From the human T2T-CHM13v2.0 reference genome, Homo sapiens: a stretch of 64,000 nucleotides of DNA. Below, one piece after another: positions 41,900 through 55,399 of the stretch (positions within the stretch are counted from its first letter, which is position 1; each line of letters begins with the position of its first letter). Position numbers and translations under genes: made by a program. The DNA lies in NCBI RefSeq assembly GCF_009914755.1, contig NC_060937.1. One strand, given 5' to 3'. Below the pieces are notes generated by a model that worked only from the letters and a program-made list of their open reading frames with translations, searched no databases and was not told where the DNA came from.

Positions 41900-43025
41900 T
41901 TTGCAAAGCAGGTGTCACACTCTTGCAAGCCACTAAGGGGTACGGCGCTAAGGATTGGGTGGCACAACTAAATAATAGCGATCTTTGCAATTCCTACTGA
42001 TCTGAGCTCAGAAGTACATTGCTGCCTTCTCTCTTACTTTCCCATCCACAATTGGGTGGCAAAACTAAATAATAGCGATCTTTGCAACTCCTACTGATCT
42101 GAGCTCAGAAGTACATTGCTGCCTTCTCTCTTACTTTCCCATCCACAAGATATTGAAACTCCCCCTGCAAGGGAGTTATAATAGGAGTAAAATATTCCCT
42201 GAAAGGAGAATAGCAAAAACTTGAGACTAGTGCCTGTATCTTTGTAATCCTGGGGAAACTTGCCACTATCCCAGTAGGAATCAGGAGAAATCCAAGAGAT
42301 TAAAAAGGCAGAGGAAAAGCTTGAGACCTTCTAATGACAGAACCAGAGCCTTCTCCAGGGGAACCAGAATTTAGCTCCAAGACTGAGAAAACAAAGTTGA
42401 TTAAAGAGCATTGTACTATAGAATGCCTCCTTGCAACTGATTTTGCCCCGCAAAGCAGCATCCCACCATTTTGAGAATACTTGTTCAAGTGACTTTGGCT
42501 TCTCTGAGGGAAAAAAGAAAACAAAAAAATAACATTTTTTCCACTAAGATGGTTAAAGACATGAAATTTAAATTCCAGACTTGTACCCACTGTAGTCAGC
42601 AGAAAGCTCTGCCAATACAGACAGCTTATTTGGGAAATATCCACAGCAGCAAAGTCCTAGAGCAAATATGTGTCGATTTCTTGTCCTTGAAATTAGAGAG
42701 AAGGAGACTTGAGACATAGTGTGATGATCCATCATGGCACTCAATGTGCACAAGTCAACCAGCCATACCAAGGGTTCGAAAAACATCTGAAACCCCCTAG
42801 TGCTATGGGAGAAATCACTTTCCATGCATGGGTTTTCTATTCAAATTCACTAAGATGAAAAAAAATAGTGGCTCCTATAAGAAATTTTCGCTAAAGCTGG
42901 TTACAAAAGTCTGAGACCAGTCCCAAGAAGTCCCCCAATCTGAAAAATTTGACAAATATAACTGACCTTGTTGGTGACAGTGCAACCTAAGCCACTGGAT
43001 GGCTGATACCAGAATCCATCCTGAT
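41900..43025 (+). mobile_element. Ty3/Gypsy pol relic (RNase H C-terminus and integrase), MamGyp-int-like
   Basis: WVAQLNNSD-FAI-Y*S (RNase H); KMVKDMKFKFQTCTHCSQQKALPIQTAYLGNIHSSKVLEQICVDFLSL (CxxC and first catalytic D); VLWEKSLSMHGFSIQIH*D; KSETSP and PQSEKFDK (E region). Confidence 0.85.
41954..42147 (+). repeat. 97-bp tandem duplication
   Basis: Units 41954-42050 and 42051-42147 differ at 2 positions. Confidence 0.97.
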
Positions 43026-43031
43026 CCAGCC

Positions 43032-43553
43032 ATATCAGTTACCTATTGCCACAATACTGCTACATAAATACAACCACAAAATCTCAGTGGCTTATATTAA
43101 TAAACATTTATTTTGCTCACAAGTTGACCGTACACCTGGTTAATCCCGATGCTCTGGGACTTAACTGATCTTGGTTGGATTCATTCATGAATCAGCAGTT
43201 AGCTAGAAGTTCAGCTGGGGGCTGGTGGGTCTAGTACAGCCTCAGTATTCAGTTGGGATATTTCCTGTCTGATTCATGTACTCAATCCAGCAGGCTAGCT
43301 CGGCCTTTTTCTTGTGAAGGAGGCTGGGATCTAAGAGAATGAATGAGGGCTCTTGGGACCCAGGCTCAAAATGGGCATATCTTCTTATCTGCTGCCTTTT
43401 ATTGGCCAAAGCAAATTACAGGCCAGCCCAGATTCCAGAGAGGGGAAAGAGACTCCACCTTTTTATAGGAAGCACTAATACTTTGCATTGCAAGCAGCAT
43501 GTTTACAAGGAGGGATGATCAATGCAGACCATTAGGGCAATCAACCTTCCACA
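43032..43553 (-). mobile_element. MLT1H-like LTR
   Basis: atcagttacctattgccacaatactgc...ccacaaaatctcagtggc...ttattggccaaagcaaattacaggccagcccagattc; TSD ccagc. Confidence 0.85.
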
Positions 43554-43609
43554 CCAGCATCTTGATTTCAGAGAATTAGTTCTGTGAGTAAACCAAAAGA
43601 ACTTGGTTA

Positions 43610-43840
43610 AAGACAATGTGGTATTCTGGAAGAAAAAAAGATTATTAGTGAGAAAACCACAGATATCTGAATCAAGCCTATAGTTTAGTTAATATTAATA
43701 TTAATTCATTTGTTTTGACAAATTCACCAGGGTTATATAAGATGTTAACACAAGGAGGAGCTGGCTGAAGGATGTATGGGAAGTCTGTACTCTCTTTATA
43801 ACTTTTCTGTGAAGCTAAAATTAATTCAGCATAAGACGTT
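43610..43840 (+). mobile_element. L1MC/MD 3' end
   Basis: tagtttagttaata...gttttgacaaat...taagatgttaaca...ctgtactctctttataacttttctgtgaagctaaaatt. Confidence 0.75.
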
Positions 43841-44349
43841 TATTTTTTAAAGAACATGATAAAAAGGAATTCGCAGTATAGGCCATTTGGGTGGCAGTGC
43901 CCTTGACTGTGTGCACCACTGAGTCATGGAGGATCCTCCATCCTCTATTCAGAAACCCCTGTGGCCTGGGAAAATTTGGCAGCATGTGGGGCACTGAAAA
44001 GCTCAGCAGATGGCTTGGCCAGGGCCACCTCTCTGCAGACCTCCAAGAAAACAGCAACGCTGAAGGCTAGGGGCTGTGCCAGCATCCTTTCTCAGTGTGA
44101 CGAAAAGGGTGTTGACCCGGCTGGCTCTGGTGGTTAGGGGAGATGCCACATGGCCACATGGCTGCAGTGCTTGGGAAATTCTCTTTTTTTCCTTTATGAA
44201 GGGAGCGAAATCCAGACTTAGCCGTGTCCATCTGACTTTCTGAGACTGACAAATTGTGATCTTCACCATGTAGCAGCTCTGAGTCTGATGTGGAAACTAA
44301 ATCAGGCACATAAACACATAATTACAGTACAGTGTGATAGAGTCTGTAT

Positions 44350-45650
44350 AGTGAACATATGTTTCTTGTCTGTTCCACTGTCTTCCTTCAGAAAAGCCCA
44401 ACCTCCTTCTACCTTTGCCTCTGGTTCCCAGAGGTAGATAGGCACAAGACATATGACCCAGACCTGGCTGTTCAGAAGAGCTCATCCCTCTGGCCACTGC
44501 AATTGATCAGGGAGATTAGCCCCAAACTGAGCACCAATCAGACCTTCTTCATCATATTTGATATAAAGTTTCTGGGAAAAGAAGGGTCTTTCTTTCTCTA
44601 GTACCAGAAAGAGTTATAAAAATAGAGACTTTCTGAAGCTAAAGACCACCAGAGGGAAGAGCCAAGATATGGAGAGAGAAAGGCTTCATAATGCAGTTTA
44701 AACCCCTAGATGCAGCCAAGCCTGATGCCAGAGATACCCCTTAGACTTCCGTATTTTCAGCCATAATCTAGCTTGAGCTAGATTTGCACCCAAAACAATC
44801 CTGCCAAATGCAGAGATGGGTACCTGGAAGTGGGGTGTTGGAATTGACAGGCATTAAAATGAAAGGAAAGACAGACAACAGGTGGGACCCTGGGTGGTCA
44901 ACACTGCCCCTCTTTACCTGGGATGTTAGTGGTGCCTCTTAAGTGGTAGCAAAGCAGCAGGGAAGGTTTTTCCTTGCTGTTCCTGGGACTCAACAAATTC
45001 ACTTCTGTGTCTCTCCAGATATGTTGTGACAAAGTTAAAATGGGCCGACCATATTTTGCAGCCTTTATTATCCTAGAAGCTTCAGACCAAGCTGTCCCTC
45101 TACAACAGAGGGAAGGGCCTATGTAGCCTCACCAAAGAGATCATTTCTTCCTCCAGCAATCCTTGAGAAGACACAAAGTATGAGTTTTCTGTTTTGAAAG
45201 GAGATAATACTGAATTGCAGGAAAAGCAGGAACACTGGGGGAAACCTAATTTCCTAGGCCCTTACCAAAAACTTCTGGCTATGTACTCCCCGCCTTAAAA
45301 GACAAGCTCATTTTAAAGAGACAGCCCCCCTCATTACGCCAGCCCATGGTTCTAAGTGCAGGGACCAAGGGGCAAGAAGGTAAAGACATTATTCAGAGAC
45401 AGAAACTCCAAAACCAGGTTGGATTTAAGGAACATGCCATAGTAGATCCCTGTTCTAATTGACTAGCCTGTTGAATTTCTAAATATCGAATAGTCTGGCC
45501 TCCCTCTGAGATTCTAAAGGTTATTTCTAGAGACTCCTCAAACCCTGCAAACAGGCTTGTCATAGATTGTTCAACTTCTAAAGTAATCTCCAGACCCCAA
45601 AGCCTGCACCAAAAGAAAATGGGATACTGCTCCCCAGCAGCTCTTCCTGA
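44350..45650 (+). mobile_element. Old MLT1 LTR followed by MaLR internal sequence
   Basis: LTR-like atgacccagacctgg...aaacccctagatgcagccaagcctgatgccag ends near 44811, then gagatgggtacctggaagtggggtg (MaLR-int start); 3' boundary uncertain. Confidence 0.55.
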
Positions 45651-46829
45651 ACTTAGGTAAATTCACGGGGAAGATTGCCATGGCCTCATTTTAGCCTGCC
45701 TCTGGCCCCAGCCCCAGTGCTGCATTCTCAGCAGTGAATCAGGCACTGCATTTTCATTCCCATCTGACTTATGTGTCCAATTCAGAATTGATCCACAATG
45801 TGCAAAAGAAGAAAAGTGAGTAATTAAGCTCTGCTCCAAACCCCAGCACTGAGGAGTTGGTATTTTATCCTGCAGGCCTTAAGGAACAGTGAGGGCTTAT
45901 CACCAGTTTTAAGCAGGTTTAATGCAGATAAGACTTGTGGTGTGTTTTGTAAAGGTAATGGCGGCAGCAATGGTAGATTGGTAGGGAAAGGGTAGGACTG
46001 AAAATGAACCTAAAATTAGTAAGCAACAGCAATTTAAAAAATAACTAATATAGGTTTGAACTAACAGAGTTGCAATGACTATGGCATAGCATTAAGGGAT
46101 ACCAGAGAGTATGCAGACAATGGAAGAGGTTGCCAATATCAGAAATACAGCAAGAGGAACTCCTCCTATAAGATAGCACGAAGATTAAACTATGTAGACT
46201 GTAAATGGATGCAAGTCCCTTGTTTTGTTTTTGTTGGAGGGACGGAAGAAGCAGACAGCTGGAATTCTGTCTGAAACAGAAAGAAAGATTTTTAAGTATT
46301 AAATACTTGTTTATTTTTCACTTGAAAAGGATTTGTACTGAAAATTGTCAAGACGTATAGGTGCTCTTAAGGGATTTGGGCAACACATACACAAAAGAAT
46401 GCCTTGGTTACCTACTGATATGCAGCCCATGGGCCCTTACACCTTAGCACGTGTTTGGGAGCCTCTAGGTCCACTGCACAAGGTTTTAGGCTAGAAAATG
46501 AGGCTAATTACATTCTTTCTGAGTTCCTTTTCACCTGGATGAGAGCATAGTGTGAAGTGATTCTAAAGGACTTAAGAGACAATATAAACAGATCAGAAAA
46601 ACTGAAATCAAAATATATTTTAATAATTTATAAAAGCTAGAAGCGATGATTACTTGCCCAACGGAGTTGGCATCAGCCTTAGTCCTTCAACATCCCTTCC
46701 CTCACTAAGATTCTATGAAATACTGTGTTCCTCTAAATGCTATACCTTTCCTTCTTTGCCACCGCTTCACATTAATCCCTAAATAGTGTTCAATAAATGC
46801 CCATTGGTCTCTCAGGCAAATGTTGATTC

Positions 46830-46950
46830 AATGTGGCAATTGTAGTCCATCTATCACATAGCGTCTATGCAAGGATTGAATGAAATTTTGCAGGTTAAGA
46901 GCTTAGCTTAGTTCCTGGCATATAATAAGCACTCGCAGATGATGGCTATC
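46830..46950 (+). mobile_element. MIR 3' part
   Basis: aggattgaatgaaat...gcttagcttagttcctggcatataataagcactc. Confidence 0.7.
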
Positions 46951-48326
46951 TTCAACTACATATAGCATTGAAAATTGTAATTTTAGCTACAAAATAAGTT
47001 GGCAAAATGACACTTTTATTATTGTAAGTATCTGGTAACCCACCCATTTTCACTCCAGTTTCTACTTCTTTGTGCTTTGATTGCCCAAAATTAAGTATTA
47101 AAATTAAATTTATCAAAGAATTTGAAGACTTAGATGCTTACATTTTAAAAAATACCATAATGATAATCAAAATCCCACCCAAGCATTCTTTGGCTAAGTC
47201 CGAGATTGTTATTCACTAGCACAGTTATGCTCCTAATCCTTTGCAAAGAGCAAAACTTCTTTCTCATAATCAGGGCTAAGGCTTAAAGTTCTTTCCCAGA
47301 ACTGCCTTGAAGTTCTTTCTTCAACTTGGCCAGCTGCACTTGAATGCGAGATTTCCGCCCTAGAAAGAATGTAGTTATGTCCAAGTGGGATGAGTCATTG
47401 AATTCTAAGCACAAAATATTTTATCTGTTTAAGAGGAGCAGTGGAGAGTTCCTTTTTTATGGTGAAACAGTGCTTGAAGCAGGCCAGGACGAAAGCCATC
47501 CCATCTCATCTCATTTCCTCTTTTCCATGCCTTGCAACTGTGAAAGGGAGGGAAGAATTGACAAGAAACTATTTGAACTCTGGCCATAGGCCACTTGGCT
47601 TTGTAGATTTACCAAGTAATCTTGGCAAATAAGAAAAAGTCCTTGAGTAATAGTATGGAACATTAAGCCCCTCAGGGATGCTCATTAAATGCTTGCTGGC
47701 TGTGTGTAGAAGTCTTAAGCCCCATCAAGTCATGCTGCCCTATTGATAACCCTAGACTACATCACACCTCCACTTTCTTTAGACTCTGTATAGGAAGTTA
47801 TGACACTATTTTTGAAATTTGCAACAGTTTATTAGCACTCCAGCATTAACTATATGAAGATGAGTTTTCACTGAGTAGTTTGTTGAGAGAAGGACATTTT
47901 CAGATGGACATATGAATACGTGAATCACTCAGGTTTTCTTTTTGAAATAACATTGCTGAGAATGAGCCCATTTCATCTTGTCAATGCTCTTCTTCATATT
48001 TAATCATTGCATTTACCTTCAGAAAGGTAAAGGAGATAATATTAATTCCAGTTGATACAATCATGTAACAGGCATTTAAGGAACACCTACTATATGCAAG
48101 CTACTCTACTAGGTACTCCAGGGAATACGAAGCTGAGTAACACTCAGTCCTTGCTGTCCAGTGGCTTTTAATAGCAGAGGAAAGACAAAACAAAAGCACA
48201 TATAACTACAATACAAAGTGGACTAAGAAAAGATTTTGATTGTTATGTACAAACTGATGGGAAAGCATCAAAGGATTGTTGTATGCAGGAGAGTGACATG
48301 ATTATAACTGCATTTTAGAAAAATCA

Positions 48327-48626
<300 letters not shown>

Positions 48627-48699
48627 AGAAAAATCACCCTGCCAGAAGGATGATGGGATAGATTGAAAGGGAGCAAGCAAGGCAAACAGCATTAGGAAG

Positions 48700-49028
48700 T
48701 TTGAAGTCCCATGATCTTCAAGCTGGAGGCCCAGGAAAGCCAGTAGGTAAGTTCTAGTCCAAGGACAGGAGAAGACCTATGTCCTACCTCAAGCAGTCAA
48801 ACAGAGAGGGGGTATTCAACCTTCTCCCTTTTGTGTCCTATTTGGATCTCAATGGATTAAACAATGCCCACCTACACTGAAGAGGGACATCTGTTTTATT
48901 CAACCCACTAATTCAAATGCTAATGTATTATGGAAACATGCTCACATACACACCCAAAAATAATGTTTAACCACATATCTGGGCATCCCATGGCCTAATC
49001 AAGCTGACACATAAAATTAACCATCACA
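48700..49028 (-). mobile_element. MLT2 LTR (3' deleted)
   Basis: caaatgctaat...cacacccaaaaataatgtttaacca...aagctgacacataaaattaaccatcaca; flanked by ggaag. Confidence 0.85.
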
Positions 49029-49426
49029 GGAAGCTACTGTAATAATAGAGGTAAGATATGAAAGAGGCCTAACCTAAGGTAAAGAATACAGAGGAAATGC
49101 AGGAAATGTATTAAAAGATTTCAGTGAGGGAAAATGAATAGGCCTGGGTGGCAAATGATTGACTGATGTGTGGCAAATGATTGATTGATGGGTAGCAAGT
49201 GACTGATGAGGGATGCTGAAGGAATATGAGATAGAGCCAAGACCTCTACCTTTGGCAGCAGGGTGGGCTCACTGCAGGAGAGCATGGCAGAGATGCAGAA
49301 AGGCATCTGGGTGAGGCCGATAGGAGCACTAGAAGTGCTCAGGGAACAAGGACAGCACTCTGATGGAGAGTGGGGTATACATAGTAGGAGGATGGCAGAG
49401 GAGGTTGGAAGAGGAAGCTGAGCACC

Positions 49427-49973
49427 TGCAATGGTCAAGTTTTGGAGTTAACTTAACCCGATTAAGGGATACCTAGTTAGCTGGTAAAGCATTGCTTCTG
49501 AGGGTGTCTGTGAGGGTGTTTCTGAAGGAGATTGGCATGTGAGTCTGTGAACCGAGTGGGTAAGATCCCCCCTCAATGTAGGCGGGCACCATCTGATTAG
49601 TTAGGGGTCCAAGTGGAACAAAAAAATGGAGGAGGGGCAAATATTTTCTTTCTCCTGCAGATCCAGGATGTCCCTCTCCTGCCCTTGGGCATCAGAACTC
49701 CACATTCTCTGGCTTTTCGACTCCAGGATTCACACAGGTGACCCTGGGTACTCAAGCCTTCAGCCTCAAACTGAGAATTATACCATCAGCATCCCTGGTT
49801 ATGAGGTTTTAGGCTGAGCCACACTATCTACCTCCCTGGTTCTCCAGCTTGCAGAGGGCCTGTGTTGGTACTTCTCAGCCTTCATAATGATGTGAACCAA
49901 TTCCCCCAGTAAATCCCTTCTCACATGTATATATGTATAGGTTCTATCTCTCTGGAAAACCCTGACTATTACA
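49427..49973 (+). mobile_element. MLT2B solo LTR
   Basis: gattaagggatacctag..agctggtaaagcatt...gggtgtctgtgagggtgtttc...ctctctggaaaaccctgactattaca; TSD gcac(c/t). Confidence 0.9.
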
Positions 49974-50559
49974 GCACTTTGAATGCCAAGCACAGAGGTT
50001 AGACTTTAATTCAGTGAGCAATGGAGAGGCTTTTAAGCCATAGAACAATGTGATTGAAGCTGTTCTTTTGGAAAATTAATCTGATCAATGAAGAGGCCTA
50101 GATTCCAAAAGGTTAATTGCTAAGACACCTAGTTAGTGCAGAGATGGGACTAAAATGGAAGTCTTCAGACTCCTGGCCTATTTTGTGCAATGAGGAAGAA
50201 CATTGCCTACTTCATAGAATTCTAAATATGTATTCCTCTCTCCAATAAGTCTTCCTCCCTTACTGAATTCCACAGCCTTCATGCTTATATTGGGCCAGAC
50301 ATTTAGCACACAAAGAGAATGGATGGATGCTTCCAGTATTTTTTTATTAATGCCCAAAGAGCCCAATTCTATGTTGTTCCAATCATAATGTTCAAAAAAT
50401 ACCTGCTAAATGTAGATAAAGGCAATGGTTTTGTAAGACTCCTTCAAAGGTGTAATCTACTAGGAGTAAAATAAAAATAAAATTTAAAATTACTTAAAAA
50501 TAATAAATTGGCTTACAAATACAAATTAGCATTATTAAGACAACAATATTAAGAATTAT

Positions 50560-50750
50560 ATTTTACTGAAGTTTTTTTCTGTGATAAGAGTTATTTCATA
50601 CATGAGTTTATTTTGTCTTCATAAATACCTATTTGATATATGAGAAAACTGAGTCTTAGAAAGGTTAAGTAACTTACTCAATACCACACAGTAAATGGTA
50701 GAGTTAGGATTTAACCCCAAATCCAACTCCAGAATCCCAGCCCTTAAGAA
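50560..50750 (-). mobile_element. MIR
   Basis: atgagaaaactgagtcttagaaaggttaagtaacttactcaa...agtaaatggtagagttaggattt. Confidence 0.75.
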
Positions 50751-53128
50751 GTCTGCTATTCTGCCCTTCAGAATGATTTTCTTGAGAAGGTTCAAAAGAA
50801 GCTAAGGCGAAAGCAGCAAATTTTATTTTTTATAAAGGCAATAAACAGTGATTTTCTTGCAGCTGTGTAGGCCATTATAGCAAACAGTTGTCTTTTACTC
50901 AGCGCCCCAGAGAGAACCTACCAACTCAAATTGCAACTCCCAATTGCAACTGAACTATCTGGGAAGAACAACAAGTTCCTAACACACCGGAAATAAAGAC
51001 TGGGGAAGAGTACAGAATGAGAGGGGAGGGAACTGCCATTAACCTCACTTATTTTAAATAGCACTTAGATGAACAAAAACAATCAGGAAATTAAAATAAA
51101 CCCAATTCTAATCTGTATGTGTGCTTTGTGCATTTGCATGCTTATGTGTATGTATGTACTCACAAAGAATGCGAGGGAAATACTGGAAAACCAAACAACT
51201 AAATTCAACAAAAAGCAGTGGCCTTACCTGTTAACTTCTGAGCTATTTTTGTGACATGAAATGCTGCATTTTGGCACTTTTTGTTTCGTGAAGGCCCTTG
51301 GGTAGATTTTTTATGAATGTCATTATTCGCCAAAGTGAATTTAGTAGAGAAAACCCCAAGGGAGCAAGATGATGAGTTTTTTAAACAAACATTTTGTAAT
51401 ATAATTTTACATTAACATCTCTCTTTATCGTGTCTATTCATGACCAGACAGTGAATTTTAAATCAGCTCCTTTTGTAATCCATCTCGAGAAGAATGAAGA
51501 TGGAACTTGATGAAAGGAAAGGCCCACAGGGGAGGAATTCCAATGCTGGGCTAAGCATTTATGTGAGTGGAGAAAGAACTATGTGAAAGAAGAACCGTTA
51601 AAAAAAAAAAAAAACATGATTGAAGCAATATGTGGAGAAGGGAATGAGAAAGAGGCAATTTGACAAAAGAAAATAAAAATGACGTGATTAGAGCATGTGA
51701 AAATTAATTTTTTTCTAGTACTGATTCTTCAATTTTTTCCAACATATTGACCTATATTCTCAATTTCACAGTATTATCTAGATTATATCACAGTGTTGGA
51801 CTATTGTGATATCAAATGCGGTAGCTATTCAGTGATGCAATTGGTTGCAAAGCAATTAATTACATATGACAACTCCAAAATAAATTAGTGTTCATTCAGA
51901 GTAAGAGTGGAGGCTGAAGTAAAGGATAAGAATGAAAGAAAAAGGATAAGGAACAGGGGAAAGGAACCACTCATAAACACAAGAAATGGTTTCTTATTCA
52001 ACAAGGTGTCTGTTTAAATTTTATGTCTAAGTTGCTAAAAGCAGAAAAAAAACTGAAATAGTTTAAGAAGGAAGAAGTAGTGAATCTCAAAGATGTTGTT
52101 GCTGTAGGTATTTAGAACTAAGAAGTTACACAGTATAATATACCATGAAAGTAAATGTATTTAATAAGAGAAGAAATGGAAAATACCAAATAAAGCAACG
52201 TAATAATTTCAATAATGCACTGACTCTTAAAATGTTGTAAGTCTACATGAAGACTTGAGGGCAGCTGGTTCCAGAATATCCAAACCTGAAACAAAATTAT
52301 TTATTGACATGACAGAATTATCTGAGATCATATGAACATTGTTTATCATATATTTTATAAGTGAGACAAAGGTCTTTAACAGAAAAATGAATTTTTAGAC
52401 TCAGTAAGTCAAACAAGTTGTTGAAGAAAATAAAAAAGGCATAGGTCTAGGATAACCAACAATATTACCAGAAATCATTTATAATAACTCTCATTTCCTG
52501 ATTTTTCTAGAAATAGTAGTTTTACACTAGAAAACTTGTAAGGATTTACCTCAAACAATTGTGTAAAAATCCACATTTCTCCAGATAGTAGTGATTTCAA
52601 ACCAAGCAAAACTTATTCCCGTTTAACTTTTTTTTTACCAGGCTCAGAAAAGGAGATGCTATGATCCATCTTGAAAACGCCCATGAGTCAATTCTAAACA
52701 ACCTTGAAAGATTATCTTTCAGATTCTAACAGGAGACCAACATAAATAAAATAATCCACTTTTAGAAAAAGACATTTTTTTCTAAATATTATTGTCTTTT
52801 GAAATTATATTAACATGCTGCATTCTTCTTCTGATTAAAAAATACATATTAAATTACAATGTAGCCTATTTTGCTGAAACCAGAAATTGTTTAGATCAAG
52901 TAAAGAGACCAGCTGGTCCAAAGAGGAGCCTGTGAGAGACCCAGACAAGCATCACCCTGGCTCCAAGGAGACATCAAATCAGATAGCAGCAACGAAGTGA
53001 CTGTCCTGCCTGGTGAATCACCATAGCTCATCTGTGTCTGGAAATGGCAATGCAAGAGTAACTTACACTCACTTGCATTATTGATAGCTGGATCTTCAGA
53101 CCTAGACTTGGAAAAGGCTTTCCACTAC

Positions 53129-53819
53129 TGTATTAATGGATTCTTGCACTGCTATAAAGAAGTACCTGAGATTAGGTAATTTATATATAATATATATATA
53201 TATATTTTTAACTTGTGGTAAGAGCCATCTACTCAAATCTAAGAGTTAGTGAGTTTTAATGTTTCTTTTTTTTTTTTTTTTTGTTTTTTTATTATACTTT
53301 AAGTTCTAGGGTACATGTGCACAATGTGCAGGTTTGTTACATATGTATACATGTGCCATGTTGGTGTGCTGCACCCATTAACTCGTCATTTACGTTAGGT
53401 ATGTCTCCTGATGCTATCCCTCTCCCTCCCCCAACCCCATTTATATTTTTTTTAAAAAAGAGGTTTAATTGGCTTATGGTTATGCAGGCTGTATAAGCAT
53501 AGTGGCATCTGCTTCTGGGAAGGCCTCAGGAAGCTTCCAATCATGGCAGAAGGAGAAAGCAGAGCAGGGAAATCACACGACAAAAGCAGGAGCAAGAAAG
53601 AGAGAACATGGCAGGAAGGTGCTACACACTTTTAAATGACCACATCTCATGAGAACTCACTCACTATCACAACAACAGCAGCAAGAAGCTGGTGCTAAAC
53701 CATTCATGAGAAATGCATCACCATGATCCAAGCACCTCCCACCAGGCTTCACCTCCAACAGTGGGGATTACAATTCAACATGAGATCTGGGCAGGGAAAA
53801 ATACACAAACTGGACAACA
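53129..53819 (-). mobile_element. MSTA/B LTR split by short L1PA
   Basis: tgtattaatggattcttgcactgctataaagaagtacctgaga...aaaagaggtttaattggc...ggggattacaattcaacatgagat. Confidence 0.9.
53266..53438 (-). mobile_element. L1PA4/5-like extreme 3' end (about 150 bp plus tail)
   Basis: ttattatactttaagttctagggtacatgtgcacaatgtgcagg...gcacccattaactcgtcattta. Confidence 0.93.
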
Positions 53820-54780
53820 ACTGAGCTTCTCTGTAAGAGAGAAGATGAAAGACTAAGAGAAGTCTCCCTCCCTTCTTAATGCGCCTAAAGACTGCAGCGT
53901 GGAAGTCATGGAAAAGACAAGAGTTTGTACCCAGTAGAAGTCACAGCCAGTAACAGCAGTGTCCCCTTCGGAATCCTTCACATCTCCTTTTGCACTCTGC
54001 CTCCTTTAAAGTTCTACCCCAGATCTCCCCACCGACAATTAATACATAATTACTGTGTATCTACTACGTGCCTGGGAATAGGCTGTCACTGAATATAGTA
54101 TAAAAGCATTTTTGCTCAGCTTGCCACATAAAAACTCACCAAAAAAATCTAAAACTGTACAGATAGAACGTCTCCTACTTCAGTGAAATACAGAAACTGT
54201 CACAACCACAAGCCGCACACTATAAGGCCAACCTAGGAGGTACTGTGCGAGGATTGATTTAAGAAGCCTACCTAGGGGCCAGCTCCTCAGACCCTAGGCA
54301 GAATGAAGACATCTCCTACAATAAGGGAGCCAGTAATCTTTGAACTGAAACCTTGAATTCTTGTCGTGAGGACGATCATGGGAGAGGCAGAAAATGTTCT
54401 TGAACAGTCACAATGCAACATCACAAAACCAAAGAGAGCAGAGTGAGCTATAGGAGAAAGCAGGACATCTTATCTTTTCTTGGGATGATCCAGCCTCTTA
54501 TCTAAGGGAAAAAGCCAGGGGAAGAACTGAGTGGAGGGAGGAAATGAAACAGCGGTGAGCAGAGAACAACAAGCCTGTGATCCCAATGGCTTTGCTGTTA
54601 GCTATGCTATCTTCTGGTTCCTGAAAAGCAAAGGGATATTGTTCCCCCAGGCAAAAGGAGGATAGATTTGATGAAGGGAGAAAGTTCTCAAGACAAGAAA
54701 CTCTAAGGAGGCCAATGGATATATATGGCTCATTCACCACTACTACCACCTCCATGTTGGCATCACCCCAGCACTACCTC

Positions 54781-54846
54781 TACACACACACGCATACACA
54801 CACGCGCATACACACACACACATACACACACACATATACAGACACA
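54781..54846 (+). repeat. Imperfect (CA)n microsatellite
   Basis: tacacacacacgcatacacacacgcgcatacacac... Confidence 0.9.
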
Positions 54847-55399
54847 CCAGTGACAGAAGTAAGGTCAGGCAAGAAAGAAGCCTAGGGAAATCCTAAAAGT
54901 GAGTTGCCTCCTTAAATTCTGCACCCCAGGAGCCTTGTTTTTGCTTCACCTTAATCTCTCTCTGTCCTGACATACACAAACATTCCTATTTGTCAATAAA
55001 CAATGGGTCCCATTCAAAAATGACGAATTCATATAGGAAAGGGAAAAGATGAAGATAAGAGACAAATAGCTCTCCCTGGTCTCGTAGAAAAAAACAGGTA
55101 AAATTAGACTACCAAATATTGGGCCTGGACCAACCTCTTACACCAAGGAGTTGGGGTCATCCCCACTCAAACTTTTCAGACTAAAACTTGCAGGGGGAGA
55201 AGGAAACTCCCTAAAGAGATACTAGGAAAACAAATGACAACCTTGGTTTTCATAACTTTAGTTAACTGTTAGTATTATGAAAGAAGTACTTCTCCAGGTA
55301 TTGACTGCCATAGAGCAAATAAAATACACTTCATATTTTTTGAGTTTAGAGAGGATAGTAACTGAAATTAAAATCTGAAGTTGAAGTTGCCTTAGCTAA

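Noticed and set aside
41954-42191. Repeated unit as a CRISPR-like array
   Set aside because: Two abutting 97-bp units with no spacers, in eukaryotic repeat-rich DNA
48700-49973. Two opposite MLT2 LTRs as one element or an inverted duplication
   Set aside because: Different subfamily sequence and separate TSDs indicate independent insertions
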